From a bacterium (GTDB taxonomy: Bacteria; SAR324; NAC60-12), in the NCBI GenBank assembly GCA_965233585.1, contig CBDDTI010000747.1, positions 512,001 through 576,000 of the forward strand: DNA of 64,000 nt, written 5' to 3'. The notes below the pieces were generated by a model. The model was given only the letters and a program-made list of their open reading frames with translations. It was not told where the DNA came from and ran no database searches. The translations under genes were made by a program, and so were the position numbers. Below, piece after piece: positions 47,403-57,267 of the stretch. Numbering within the stretch: position 1 is the stretch's first letter; each line of letters opens with the position of its first letter.

Positions 47403-49592
47403 TTAAAATTCCACACTCATTTTAAAAACTTTAGAGATGTATTCTGCTGAGGCATCTCTGGCAATCCAATAAAGTTTCCCGCCATTTTCTGCCAAACGTG
47501 GAAGTGTATTTGCTTGGTCTTGTGAAAGGTCAAACCAACGGCAATTTGTTGGTTCATCGTTTGCATTGAAAGAGCAACGGAACAAATTGGAGCGAGTAGG
47601 GGCTTGCCTAGATTGAGTCAATACCAAAAGTTCATTGTCATTTCTGATGTATAAGTCAGGAGAAGCCATTTCTACCTGCTTTAATACTTGTCTCAGTGTC
47701 TGATTTTCTATCTTGTCAAGCAGGTCAAAATTTTCGCAAGAAGCAAAAAAGACAGTTTGGTCAGTTCTTCGGGTGCATCTTGTCAGTTGGGGTTGCCCCC
47801 CTTTCGTTTGATCAATAGAGGCAACCCAAACATAGTCAACTTCTCCACTTTTTAGGGCAATGCTTGGTGTCAGTCCTTGATTGTCATTGGCAGAAAGAGT
47901 GGAGGCTTGGCATGTTGTTGGTGTTAGGGAGGCAATAGTGCAATAAGCAAGGGCAAGTTTTCCTGTTTGGCTTTCTGTGGCGACATACACATAGTCGTTA
48001 TCCTCATTGAAAAAAGTGACAGACTTTGCTCGGGTCGGTTCAGCGACACTCAAATTTGTTGTGGTACAGTTGCCATCGTCAGGCTGATTACACTCTGACA
48101 AAAAGAGTCCGTTCACACTATGGCTAAACACCGTGTAAGTTTTGGTCACTTGACCGCTATCATTTGTCTGAAAAGACAGGTTGATTGTGCTTTCTGATGT
48201 TTGAGCAATAGATAACTTCTGGGGGTCAGTGCAGTTTTGGGGAAGTCTAGCATCATCTAGCTCGCAAGTTTTGATGGAAAGTGCGTTGGTTGTGTCTGCC
48301 ATGACAAAATAAAACTGGTCTTCAAGTGCCATGGTGATATGAATTGCAGCATCCGTTGTTGCGATTTCTTGTTCTGCAAGGAAGCCTATCTCGTCGCCTA
48401 CTCTGAGAATGGCACGATTTTGTGTGGCTTGAGAAAGCGCATAGATGTTCTCGCCTTTTGCTAAAATTTGGTGACTGGAGCTGACAAATCCTGTATGAGC
48501 AAAGTCAAAGATAGATTCTATTGTGCCAAGTGGGTTGTATTGATGGCTTGTTTGACTGGCTTCAAATCCTGTTTTGAGGTCTGAAATGATTTCAGCAGGT
48601 ATGGGCACCGTTCTGTCACTAAGAATTTGCTGCACGACAGCATCGTTGACAAACCCTTGTGGGTTTATATCATAATCACCATCTACCAATCGGACGTCCG
48701 AAGACACTTGACTCACATCAATCCCATTGGATAAATCATTGTCATTGTCAAGTACTACCAGCAACGTTTGCCGATTGATGACTTTGGACTCTATCAAGTT
48801 TGTTGTCGCTGCCAGATCTAAAACTGTCATTTCTTCTTTGGCAGTGACCTCTCCCAAATTGATTTCATCAATAAAAAAACGAATTGGTTGGCTGGCTTGG
48901 TAAAGAAATTTGCCCTCACTGTCTGTTTGACCAAGATAGCCAGAACTTAAACGATACCCCAAACCAATCACTGGGGTAGGTGATTTGAACGTCCCTGTTG
49001 CAAGTGAGTCTTGTGCATTATTGAACCTTCTTTGAAAGTGGGCGACTGCCTCTGATACCTTAACTAACGGACAGGAATTGCAAACTTGTTGTAGCAGTGT
49101 TCGTGCATCGTTCTCAAAAAGGGCTTGCTCTTGGTCAAAATTGATTGCTGATGCTGACCGACGTGTTGATTCTGTAATGAGAATGCCATTTGCAGGGTTT
49201 TGGTCGTTGTCTAAACTTTGGAGCAATCTGAGCCGATTGATGACCTCAGGAAAATTGATTGTGTTTCTGTTCGCAAGCTCAATGGGAGTGATGACAGCCT
49301 GAGCCTTAGTTTTTCCAAGATTCAGTTCTCCGATTTTAAACTCTATCTCATCGCCTGCAATATACTCAAAAGTGCCATGTTGGTCTGTCAACCCTTCTCT
49401 ATCGCTGGTCGTTCGGTACCCTACTCCAGAAACTTGAGAGTCAATCAACTGTCCTTGCAGAACTGTAGGCGTCTCTTGTGGTGTTGGCTCTTCTTCTTTC
49501 TCAATTAGATTCTCTTTTGACTCCATACAGCCGTTGAAAAACCACAAAACTACAATGAAAACAAACCAATTTTTTTGAATAGATTGACGCAT
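47403..49592 (-). CDS. Large surface lipoprotein with a duplicated N-terminal domain
   Basis: FFNGC lipobox; two copies of G.GY...G.TD..G.F.Y...I.F.I.E.NLG...INR..LL..LDND....NGI; Cys-rich beta C-terminal region. Confidence 0.7.
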   Translation of the reverse strand: MRQSIQKNWFVFIVVLWFFNGCMESKENLIEKEEEPTPQETPTVLQGQLIDSQVSGVGYRTTSDREGLTDQHGTFEYIAGDEIEFKIGELNLGKTKAQAVITPIELANRNTINFPEVINRLRLLQSLDNDQNPANGILITESTRRSASAINFDQEQALFENDARTLLQQVCNSCPLVKVSEAVAHFQRRFNNAQDSLATGTFKSPTPVIGLGYRLSSGYLGQTDSEGKFLYQASQPIRFFIDEINLGEVTAKEEMTVLDLAATTNLIESKVINRQTLLVVLDNDNDLSNGIDVSQVSSDVRLVDGDYDINPQGFVNDAVVQQILSDRTVPIPAEIISDLKTGFEASQTSHQYNPLGTIESIFDFAHTGFVSSSHQILAKGENIYALSQATQNRAILRVGDEIGFLAEQEIATTDAAIHITMALEDQFYFVMADTTNALSIKTCELDDARLPQNCTDPQKLSIAQTSESTINLSFQTNDSGQVTKTYTVFSHSVNGLFLSECNQPDDGNCTTTNLSVAEPTRAKSVTFFNEDNDYVYVATESQTGKLALAYCTIASLTPTTCQASTLSANDNQGLTPSIALKSGEVDYVWVASIDQTKGGQPQLTRCTRRTDQTVFFASCENFDLLDKIENQTLRQVLKQVEMASPDLYIRNDNELLVLTQSRQAPTRSNLFRCSFNANDEPTNCRWFDLSQDQANTLPRLAENGGKLYWIARDASAEYISKVFKMSVEF

Positions 49593-49612
49593 AGAATTTT
49601 TATGAGAGAAAA

Positions 49613-50179
49613 TTACAAAACCCCTAAAATCAAAACTGGAATATCAATGTCTGAAACACCTCTTTTTTCTAAATCCCAGACAAATTGTTCAAAATAAGAA
49701 ACTCCTGATGACATTTCATCGGCTAGTTCTTTAATCGGAACAATTTCTATGCCTGCATCAATAATGTTCAGCTTCTTAAAGATAGTCATCTTTGCACAGA
49801 CGTTATAAACCATAAACGCATACTTTCCAAATTGCACTTCAACTCCTAGTCTTTCTTTCACAAAATCCATATCTCTAAATGCACCTTGTTTTAAAGGTTT
49901 AGGTTGATAATTTTTTGTGTAATATTGTGTTGGGTAGTTACATTTTTCTTTATGATTGTGCCAATTTCTAGCTGAAAAATATTTTTTAAATTCTTGATTT
50001 AACATAGCAGGACTGTACAGTAGTTTGCCCTGCATTGTTTTCTCTTGACTTATTTTATCTTTGCACTTCTCAGAATCTACACATTGAACGACTTCATAAG
50101 TTTGACTCAACAATTCTGCAAAGTGATTTTGAATAAACTCCTTACCACCATTAAAGCTAAATTCTCCAGCAACAATCAT
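49613..50179 (-). CDS. BglII/BstYI-family type II restriction endonuclease
   Basis: DFVKERLGVEVQFGKYAFMVYN, GIEIVP, SSGVSYFEQ; ATG 50179 overlaps the MTase stop (alternative start 50188). Confidence 0.85.
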   Translation of the reverse strand: MIVAGEFSFNGGKEFIQNHFAELLSQTYEVVQCVDSEKCKDKISQEKTMQGKLLYSPAMLNQEFKKYFSARNWHNHKEKCNYPTQYYTKNYQPKPLKQGAFRDMDFVKERLGVEVQFGKYAFMVYNVCAKMTIFKKLNIIDAGIEIVPIKELADEMSSGVSYFEQFVWDLEKRGVSDIDIPVLILGVL

Positions 50180-51096
50180 AAGCTCCACTGCAATGGAAAT
50201 TGTGCGACTTTTTCGGTACCACTTGGCTGATGGATGGGTTTCCCGATTGGTCTTATTCTCAGGTTTCCCGAAAGAAATTGCTCAACTCTTTGCTTGGCAA
50301 TAGAGCAATACCTCTCTTCTTTTTCAACGCAAACAGGTAACCGATGATGCTTCAAACAAGCAATAGCAGTACTTCCTACCCCACCAAAGGGGTCTAGAAC
50401 CATATCATGTTTGTTGGTAAAAGCTAGGATGCAACGTTCCACTAACTCTATTGGGAATTGACAAGGGTGTTCTGTTTTTTCAGGGTGATTAGACTTGACG
50501 TTGGGAATATCAATCATACCTAAATCAAACTCTGTTTGAAGTAGCTCCCAATAATCTGATGGGTTTTTACCCTTTGGGTTTCCGCTTAATTCTCCTTTTC
50601 TTTTGCCTTTAAAATGTCGTTTCCCGGGATATTTTGAGGGAATACGGACTTCATCTAAATTGAAGATATAATTCTCATTTTTAGAAAACCAAAGCAAAGT
50701 TTCATAGCGTCCAGAAAGTCTTTTTTGTGCATGTAACCCATGGTTAAAGTGCCAAATGATACGGTTTCTTAACTGTAAACCTAGCTTTTTAAAAATGGGG
50801 TAAAAATACATATCCAGAGGAAAGATTTCCCCTTTTTCAACATAATTTCCCACTTGCCAACAAAAACTTCCTGTTGGCTTCAGTTTGGGAACAAGTTGAG
50901 AGATAATTGATTCTTGCCAAGCTAAATAATTTGCTAAAGACGTTTTTTCTTCGTAGTTTTTACCGACATTATAAGGAGGAGAAGTGATAATCAGCTGAAA
51001 TTGACCATCAGCAAAATCTTTGATTTTTTCTTCTATTTCTCCTTGAAAAATAGATTGGCTTTCATCAAAAAAACAACTCTGCATTGTCAAAATCAA
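50176..51096 (-). CDS. N4-cytosine-type DNA methyltransferase (beta class), cognate of the adjacent REase
   Basis: TSPPYN catalytic motif, HPCQFP, LDPFGGVGST SAM motif. Confidence 0.92.
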   Translation of the reverse strand: MILTMQSCFFDESQSIFQGEIEEKIKDFADGQFQLIITSPPYNVGKNYEEKTSLANYLAWQESIISQLVPKLKPTGSFCWQVGNYVEKGEIFPLDMYFYPIFKKLGLQLRNRIIWHFNHGLHAQKRLSGRYETLLWFSKNENYIFNLDEVRIPSKYPGKRHFKGKRKGELSGNPKGKNPSDYWELLQTEFDLGMIDIPNVKSNHPEKTEHPCQFPIELVERCILAFTNKHDMVLDPFGGVGSTAIACLKHHRLPVCVEKEERYCSIAKQRVEQFLSGNLRIRPIGKPIHQPSGTEKVAQFPLQWSL

Positions 51097-52949
51097 GAAA
51101 GAAGTGTTAGTAATTCATGGTTTAGCAAAGAAAGCCCGTGTTGAGTTAGGACTGACTCAACGTGAAATTGCATAGTGCAGAAGTGTTGACCACGCAAGCC
51201 ATAAACTTCAAAAGACGTTTCATCGTAACAAATCTTTACTTTTTGAACAGCAGAAGAATGCTTCACAACAAAAGTGCAATAAAATCCAACTTTTTGAGAA
51301 GTTCCAAACCAGTTTACTTCTTTTTGAATGCCTTGCAAAGGAACATCTTTGCATGCTATGTCAAAACCTAAGAGAATGCTGGTAATTTGATGCCCTAAAC
51401 AGACTCCTAAAAATACTTTTTGACGTTCCAAAAGCGTTTTTGCAATGTCTTGAAGTGCCATGATTTTGGGAGATTTCAGGTCATTTGGATTTCCTGGACC
51501 TGGACCAAGGACTGTCAAGTCCGAATCATCTTTTTCTATGTTGTAATCTTTCCATGATACGACTTTGGTTTTGAATCCTAAATGTTTCAAAAGATGCTTT
51601 AGCATGAGGCAAAAATCATCTTCATTGTGAATCAATACCACCTGCTTATCTTGAAATTGAGCGGTGACGTCTTGTTCAGATTGATTGTCAAGCCAGAATG
51701 GAGACAAAAAGCGGTTTCTTTGTTCTAAAATTGCTTGTAAAGAAAATTGAGTTTGAAGAGTTGGCAACAAATTAGGTGGGGGTTGAGCAGGAGGGTTGAT
51801 GATATTTTCAAGCAATCCTGCCATTTTTGCTTCTGTTTCAAGTGTTTCTTCTGTGGGAATAGAGTCCCTCACCAACGTTGCACCAACACGGAAGCCACAC
51901 GTGCCGTTGCTGTCTATTTCTACAGTTCTAATCAAAATGGGGCTGTCAGCAGTTTCCCCTTGCTGGTCTCTTCCAAGCAAAAGCAAAGCGCTGGAATAGT
52001 ATCGTCTTGAATCAGTTTCATATTTGCGAATGATGCGGCAAGCATTTTCAACAGGACTACCTGTCACGGTGGCGGCATACATAGAATCACGCACCATTTG
52101 AATTAAATCTCTGTTGCCTGTGCCTTCTAAAACATATTCTGTGTGAATCAATTTGGACATTTCTTTGAGAAACGGACCTTGAATGCGTCCGCCATGATTA
52201 CAGATGTTTGCCATCATTTTAAGCTCTTCATCAAGCACCATAAACAATTCATTAATCTCTTTGGGATTTTCTAAAAATTTTAAAAAATCATCTTGAAATG
52301 TTTCAGGGGAAAAAGACTTGCCAACCTTCCTAAAGGTTCCGCTGATGGGGTTCATTTTGGCAAGAGACCCTTGCACTGTCAGATGCCTTTCAGGCGTTGC
52401 TCCAATGAAAAAACTTGAGCCATCAAAAAAGATAAAAACCCAGTATGCTCCTTGTTCATTCTGCAACAAATTACGATAGATGCTTAAGGCTTTGTTCAGA
52501 GAAAACTCTTGGATTTGTGCTGTGCCGTCCCGCATGATGACAAAGTTTGCTCCTTCTCCCCTGCCAATCTCATGCTCAATAATTTGCTGAACTAATCTAT
52601 TGTAATCCTGTTGAGAGGTTTTATAATTCATTCCATCTTGGAAGGCTATTTTTTCTTTTGGAAGAGATTGCAAGGCTTCCTGTTTATTCCACCAAGTTTG
52701 ATTTTCAACATGGAGAGTGAGAATGGGCAAATCATCTTCTTTTACCACAAAGTTTCTTTCGCGAATTTGTGAAAAAGGCAAAAGACTCAATGTGTCAAAA
52801 GTAGAGGTGCCAGTTGCTTGGGAATGTCTTGGAATATCTTGTAGTTTTTGAAATGATGAAATGAAGCCTTCTAAGGCAATAATGTCTTTTTCATCATGCC
52901 TTTTAATCAAGGCAAAAGGTTTTTCAAAAGTCATCGGTCTATGTGCCAT
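51093..52949 (-). CDS. PhzE-like fused chorismate-aminating enzyme (MST domain plus type I GATase)
   Basis: GATPERH, MNPISGT, ELFMVLDEELKMM, GPFLKEM, TVTGSP; GATase GPGPG, GVCLGHQ, QFHVES. Confidence 0.88.
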   Translation of the reverse strand: MAHRPMTFEKPFALIKRHDEKDIIALEGFISSFQKLQDIPRHSQATGTSTFDTLSLLPFSQIRERNFVVKEDDLPILTLHVENQTWWNKQEALQSLPKEKIAFQDGMNYKTSQQDYNRLVQQIIEHEIGRGEGANFVIMRDGTAQIQEFSLNKALSIYRNLLQNEQGAYWVFIFFDGSSFFIGATPERHLTVQGSLAKMNPISGTFRKVGKSFSPETFQDDFLKFLENPKEINELFMVLDEELKMMANICNHGGRIQGPFLKEMSKLIHTEYVLEGTGNRDLIQMVRDSMYAATVTGSPVENACRIIRKYETDSRRYYSSALLLLGRDQQGETADSPILIRTVEIDSNGTCGFRVGATLVRDSIPTEETLETEAKMAGLLENIINPPAQPPPNLLPTLQTQFSLQAILEQRNRFLSPFWLDNQSEQDVTAQFQDKQVVLIHNEDDFCLMLKHLLKHLGFKTKVVSWKDYNIEKDDSDLTVLGPGPGNPNDLKSPKIMALQDIAKTLLERQKVFLGVCLGHQITSILLGFDIACKDVPLQGIQKEVNWFGTSQKVGFYCTFVVKHSSAVQKVKICYDETSFEVYGLRGQHFCTMQFHVESVLTQHGLSLLNHELLTLLS

Positions 52950-52956
52950 AAAATCT

Positions 52957-53817
52957 TTATTGAAACAAAGTGAAATCTAAAATTGTTGCAATAAGTAAAA
53001 TGAAACTGATGGCAACATTGGTTTGGAAAAAAGCAATGTTGATTTTTGTCGTATCTTGAGGGTCTGCGAAACAATGCTCAAAAATCAACAATCCTCCACA
53101 AATGATGACTCCTGTCCAATATCCCCAACTTAACCCTAATTGCAACCCAAATGCACACCATGCCAGCCAAGCCAAAACGTGCGATGCACGTGCAATCTTC
53201 AGTGCGAGTGATTCACCAAAACGGACAGGAATGGAATGTAAGCCCAGACGCTTATCTACATCGCAATCTTGTAGGGCATAAATGATGTCAAAACCTGCAA
53301 TCCAGAACATCACAGAAAGGCTTAACCAGAAAGGAGCAAGGTCAATATTCCCTGACACTGCAATCCATGCGGCACTGGGTGCAATCCCGATAGCTACCCC
53401 TAACCAAAGATGAGACCAGTTTGTAAATCGTTTGGTGTAAGAATAAAAAAGGGTTGCTACTACCGCCACAGGTGAAAGGACAAATGCAAGAAAGTTCAGT
53501 TGATATGCAGAAAACACAAGCACAGCATAAGACAGGACAATAGAACACTTCATAGCATTGATAGAGACTTCTCCTGTGACAGAAGGACGATTTTGTGATC
53601 TTGGATTTTGAGCATCAAATGAACGATCAATCAGACGATTAAATCCCATTGCACCAGAACGTGCGCCTGCCATTGCTAAGACAATCCAGAACAACTTCAC
53701 GAAAGACACAGCACCTGCCGAAGCTGTCCATGCCCCAATCAATGCAAAAGGCAATGCAAATAAAGTATGCGAGAATTTAATGAGGGTGAGGTAATTCTTG
53801 AACGAATGAAATAACAT
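52957..53817 (-). CDS. UbiA-family prenyltransferase (MqnP-like)
   Basis: IKFSHTLFALPFA, MGFNRLIDRSFDAQNPR, YSYTKRFT, GFDIIYALQD. Confidence 0.9.
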   Translation of the reverse strand: MLFHSFKNYLTLIKFSHTLFALPFALIGAWTASAGAVSFVKLFWIVLAMAGARSGAMGFNRLIDRSFDAQNPRSQNRPSVTGEVSINAMKCSIVLSYAVLVFSAYQLNFLAFVLSPVAVVATLFYSYTKRFTNWSHLWLGVAIGIAPSAAWIAVSGNIDLAPFWLSLSVMFWIAGFDIIYALQDCDVDKRLGLHSIPVRFGESLALKIARASHVLAWLAWCAFGLQLGLSWGYWTGVIICGGLLIFEHCFADPQDTTKINIAFFQTNVAISFILLIATILDFTLFQ

Positions 53818-53975
53818 GGAAGGTCAAAGCATCATGTGGCAGAACAACAAAATTAATTCTCATGCTAATTGATTCAAATCTTGATGATCAAATTTTATAC
53901 TTACCAAATTTTAGCATTGGGGGCGTGGCATTGTTCAAAAAGAAAAGCAAGAGGCAATCACGTTCAACGTCTTCA

Positions 53976-55484
53976 TCAATATTTGAAAAGAGAAAATGTA
54001 GATGTTTCTGAAGCAGTCTCAGAAGTTTCAAGCATCTTCTGAACACTTGGTTCAATTCTTTCAATCATAGGCTGGGGATAGACACCGATGACTAATACAA
54101 CCACTGCAAGAATTAAGAGAATAAAGGATTCTCTGAAATTTAAATCGGAAATTTTTGAACAAGGAATATTGACTTCTCCAAACATCGTTTGACGATACAT
54201 GGATAGCATGTAAACCGCAGAAAAAATCACCCCAAGTCCGCCCACAGCTGCCAGCAATAAATGTGTTTGAGCCGCTCCTAGCAAGATCAAAATCTCACCA
54301 ACAAACCCACTCAACCCCGGTAGTCCAATAGAGGCAAGCGTGAAAAAGAGAAAGAAAAAAGAAAGTTTTGGAGCAAATTTGACAACACCGCTATATGCCC
54401 CAATTTGATGAGTCTGCAAACGATGATAAAGCATTCCAGCTGACAAAAATAATCCTGAAGTGATGATGGTCTGATTTGCCATCTGCACCACGCTACCAGT
54501 CCACGCTTGGAGGTTAAAGGCAAAAAGTCCCAAAATCAATGTCCCTGCATGCGAGACAATGGAATAGGCTAGTACATTTTTAATGTCCTTCTGGATTGAT
54601 GCAATCCATGCCCCATAAAGAATAGTAAATGCCGCGACTACCAAAAATGGAATCATCATTTGAGCAGCAGCGTCTGGAAACAAAGGAATCGCAAACCTTA
54701 AAAAAGCATAAGGTCCAAGTTTAATCAACAAGCCCCCCAATTCCACCGCACCTGACGCAGGCGTTTGCCGATAGATAGAAACCCAAGTATGCAATGGAAA
54801 CAAAGGCGTTTTGACCGCAAAAGCAAAGGCAAAGGTTGCAAACAACCAAAATTGTAGGAAATAAGGAATGTTCAAACGTGTCAATTCTTGTATGTTAAAT
54901 GACCAGTTGCCTGTTGCTGTTTTGTAAAGCAAGCCCAAGTAAATGATTCCAACCAGCAACATCAACGACCCTGCAAGCATGTACAGAATATACTTAAAAG
55001 CAATGGCTTTGCGGTGTTCTCCACCCCAAGTGATAGTTAAGAAATAAATTGGAATGAGAGTGAGTTCAAAAAACATGTAAAACAGGAACAAATCCATCGC
55101 AAGTAATGACCCCAATATGGTGAATTGGAAGGACAAAATCAGGGCTTGGCTTTGCCAGACTCCAAATTTCTGATTCCACGATGCCATCAATGCCACAGGA
55201 GTCAAGAATGTAGATGCCATGACCAGAAAAAGGCTGATGCCATCTATTCCAATGTGATAATTCACACCAAGAAAACGAATCATCTCATGGAGTTCTACCA
55301 TCTGAAAGTTGGGAGATTGCGGTTGAAATTGTGAGAGCATCACCACTGACAAGATGAACGTGACAATGCTACTCAAGAAAGCACTCGTACGTGCAGGAAG
55401 GTCTTCACGAAAGACAAAGATTAACCCAATTCCAAACCATGGGGAAAAAAGCAAAGCAGACAGTAAATTGTTCTCAAAATCCAT
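53976..55484 (-). CDS. nuoM: NADH-quinone oxidoreductase subunit M
   Basis: GIDGIS, FFELTLIP, VKTPLFPLHTW, GLPGLSGFVGE. Confidence 0.9.
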   Translation of the reverse strand: MDFENNLLSALLFSPWFGIGLIFVFREDLPARTSAFLSSIVTFILSVVMLSQFQPQSPNFQMVELHEMIRFLGVNYHIGIDGISLFLVMASTFLTPVALMASWNQKFGVWQSQALILSFQFTILGSLLAMDLFLFYMFFELTLIPIYFLTITWGGEHRKAIAFKYILYMLAGSLMLLVGIIYLGLLYKTATGNWSFNIQELTRLNIPYFLQFWLFATFAFAFAVKTPLFPLHTWVSIYRQTPASGAVELGGLLIKLGPYAFLRFAIPLFPDAAAQMMIPFLVVAAFTILYGAWIASIQKDIKNVLAYSIVSHAGTLILGLFAFNLQAWTGSVVQMANQTIITSGLFLSAGMLYHRLQTHQIGAYSGVVKFAPKLSFFFLFFTLASIGLPGLSGFVGEILILLGAAQTHLLLAAVGGLGVIFSAVYMLSMYRQTMFGEVNIPCSKISDLNFRESFILLILAVVVLVIGVYPQPMIERIEPSVQKMLETSETASETSTFSLFKY

Positions 55485-55607
55485 AAATTGGCTCTCACCT
55501 AGAAGCTAAAAATCCTAACAAAACGGGTTAGTATAACGTATTTTTAGATTTTTTGTATATGACGCAGGAAGGAAAGGATAGCAGGAACTGATGAACCTGC
55601 TTGAGTT

Positions 55608-57017
55608 TTATTGAATGAGTAGCCAAGTAGAAACCTTTTCACCTGCATTGACAAGAGCCTTGACAGCACGCCTTGCCGCATTGCGTACTAACTCTGAAAG
55701 TGCGGGGTGAATGTGTATCGTGTCAAGCAGATGCTCAAGAGTTCCCCCAAAACGCATGACTGGCAAGACCTCGTGAATCAAAACACTAGCTTGTTCTCCA
55801 ATAATATGACACCCCAAAATTTTTCTTGTCTTTTGATGAATCAGGAGTTTGACAAATCCACTTTCAGAACGCAAAGCCATACCCATTGCACTTTGTGAAT
55901 AGTTGTTCAGCCCAACAACGTAGGGGATTTTTTGTTTTTTTAATTCCTCTTCTGTTGCCCCAACTCCTGCAATCTGTGGGGAAGAAAAAACAGCATAAGG
56001 CATCGCAGTATAGTCAATCGGTCTTGGGTTTTCTTGGTGAATGATGGTCTCCAAAAGATACTGCCCCTCATAATTGGCACTGTGTCGGAAGAGGTAATTG
56101 CCTGCCACATCACCAAAAGCCCAAATATTAGGGGTTGTTGTTTTAAGGTGTTCATCAACACAGATGAACTGTCCTTGATTGGTTTTCACCCCCGCCTTGT
56201 CTAAATCCAAATCATCAGTGTTGGGGACAACCCCAGTTGCCACAAGCAGTTGATCACATTCAATGATTTTAATCCGTCCATCTATCTCATACTCCATGTA
56301 AAAAATCTCTTGATGATGTTCAACTGAACGGATTTTGCTTTGCTGATGAACATGACAAATTTTGGAAAAATGTTTGTCAAACTCTTTTTGCACATCAGAA
56401 TCTACATGACGCAAAGGGATTGTTCTACAAAACAAGTGAGTTTCTGTTCCAAGTCCCGCAAAGTAAAACCCAAGCTCTGTTGCAATGTAACCTGCACCTA
56501 AAATGACAAGTCGCTTGGGCTGTGTTCTAAGCCTCAATGCTTCTGTGCTAGTGAGAAAGGGGGTCTTTGATAATCCTTCAATGTCAGGAATTTTAGGTCT
56601 TGCCCCTGTTGCGATAAAAATTTTATCCCCGCTGATTTCCTCATCTCCCACACAAATTGTATTGGGACTGGTAAATCTTGCGTGTTCACGATACCAAGTG
56701 AGATTTGGGTTTTTCTCAATGGCAGGTTCAATGCTTTGAGATTCGTCATCAATCGTTTGGCTGACCCACTCTACAAGGCTTGTAAAGTCAACAGAATACC
56801 CTTGTTGTTTCAAAAAATGATTAGAAGAGTTTTTGATAGTTTCAGCAATTTCTGAGACATGAATCAACATTTTTGAAGGAATACACCCACGATTGAGACA
56901 GGTACCACCCAATGCCCCTTTTTCAATCAGTGCCACGCGATGCCCCATTTTTGAGGCTGGTGTAGAGATCTTTGCACCCCCACCAGAACCAATGACAATC
57001 ACATCATAATGTTTCAT
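55608..57017 (-). CDS. Class I pyridine nucleotide-disulfide oxidoreductase (dihydrolipoyl dehydrogenase/mycothione reductase-like)
   Basis: GGTCLNRGCIPSK redox disulfide, GAGYIA, C-terminal HIHPALSE. Confidence 0.9.
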   Translation of the reverse strand: MKHYDVIVIGSGGGAKISTPASKMGHRVALIEKGALGGTCLNRGCIPSKMLIHVSEIAETIKNSSNHFLKQQGYSVDFTSLVEWVSQTIDDESQSIEPAIEKNPNLTWYREHARFTSPNTICVGDEEISGDKIFIATGARPKIPDIEGLSKTPFLTSTEALRLRTQPKRLVILGAGYIATELGFYFAGLGTETHLFCRTIPLRHVDSDVQKEFDKHFSKICHVHQQSKIRSVEHHQEIFYMEYEIDGRIKIIECDQLLVATGVVPNTDDLDLDKAGVKTNQGQFICVDEHLKTTTPNIWAFGDVAGNYLFRHSANYEGQYLLETIIHQENPRPIDYTAMPYAVFSSPQIAGVGATEEELKKQKIPYVVGLNNYSQSAMGMALRSESGFVKLLIHQKTRKILGCHIIGEQASVLIHEVLPVMRFGGTLEHLLDTIHIHPALSELVRNAARRAVKALVNAGEKVSTWLLIQ

Positions 57018-57267
57018 AAAAAATCCTAAAAATTTAAGTTGGTTTTAAAACAAGAGTGTAGTCTAGCATGCCTGACTTTTCTTTGTCTATTGACTCAAGT
57101 CTGTTATGACTTTGACATCATTAAATCATTGTCAAATTAAAATGATTTTGTCATAATTTGGGCTTTTGTAAAATTATGAGCAGAGTATCAGCTGCTTAAA
57201 AGCTCTTGTCCTTCTTCTTAAATCTAATCAAGTCTCATCTCAAAACACTTATGATCAGTCCATTCTT

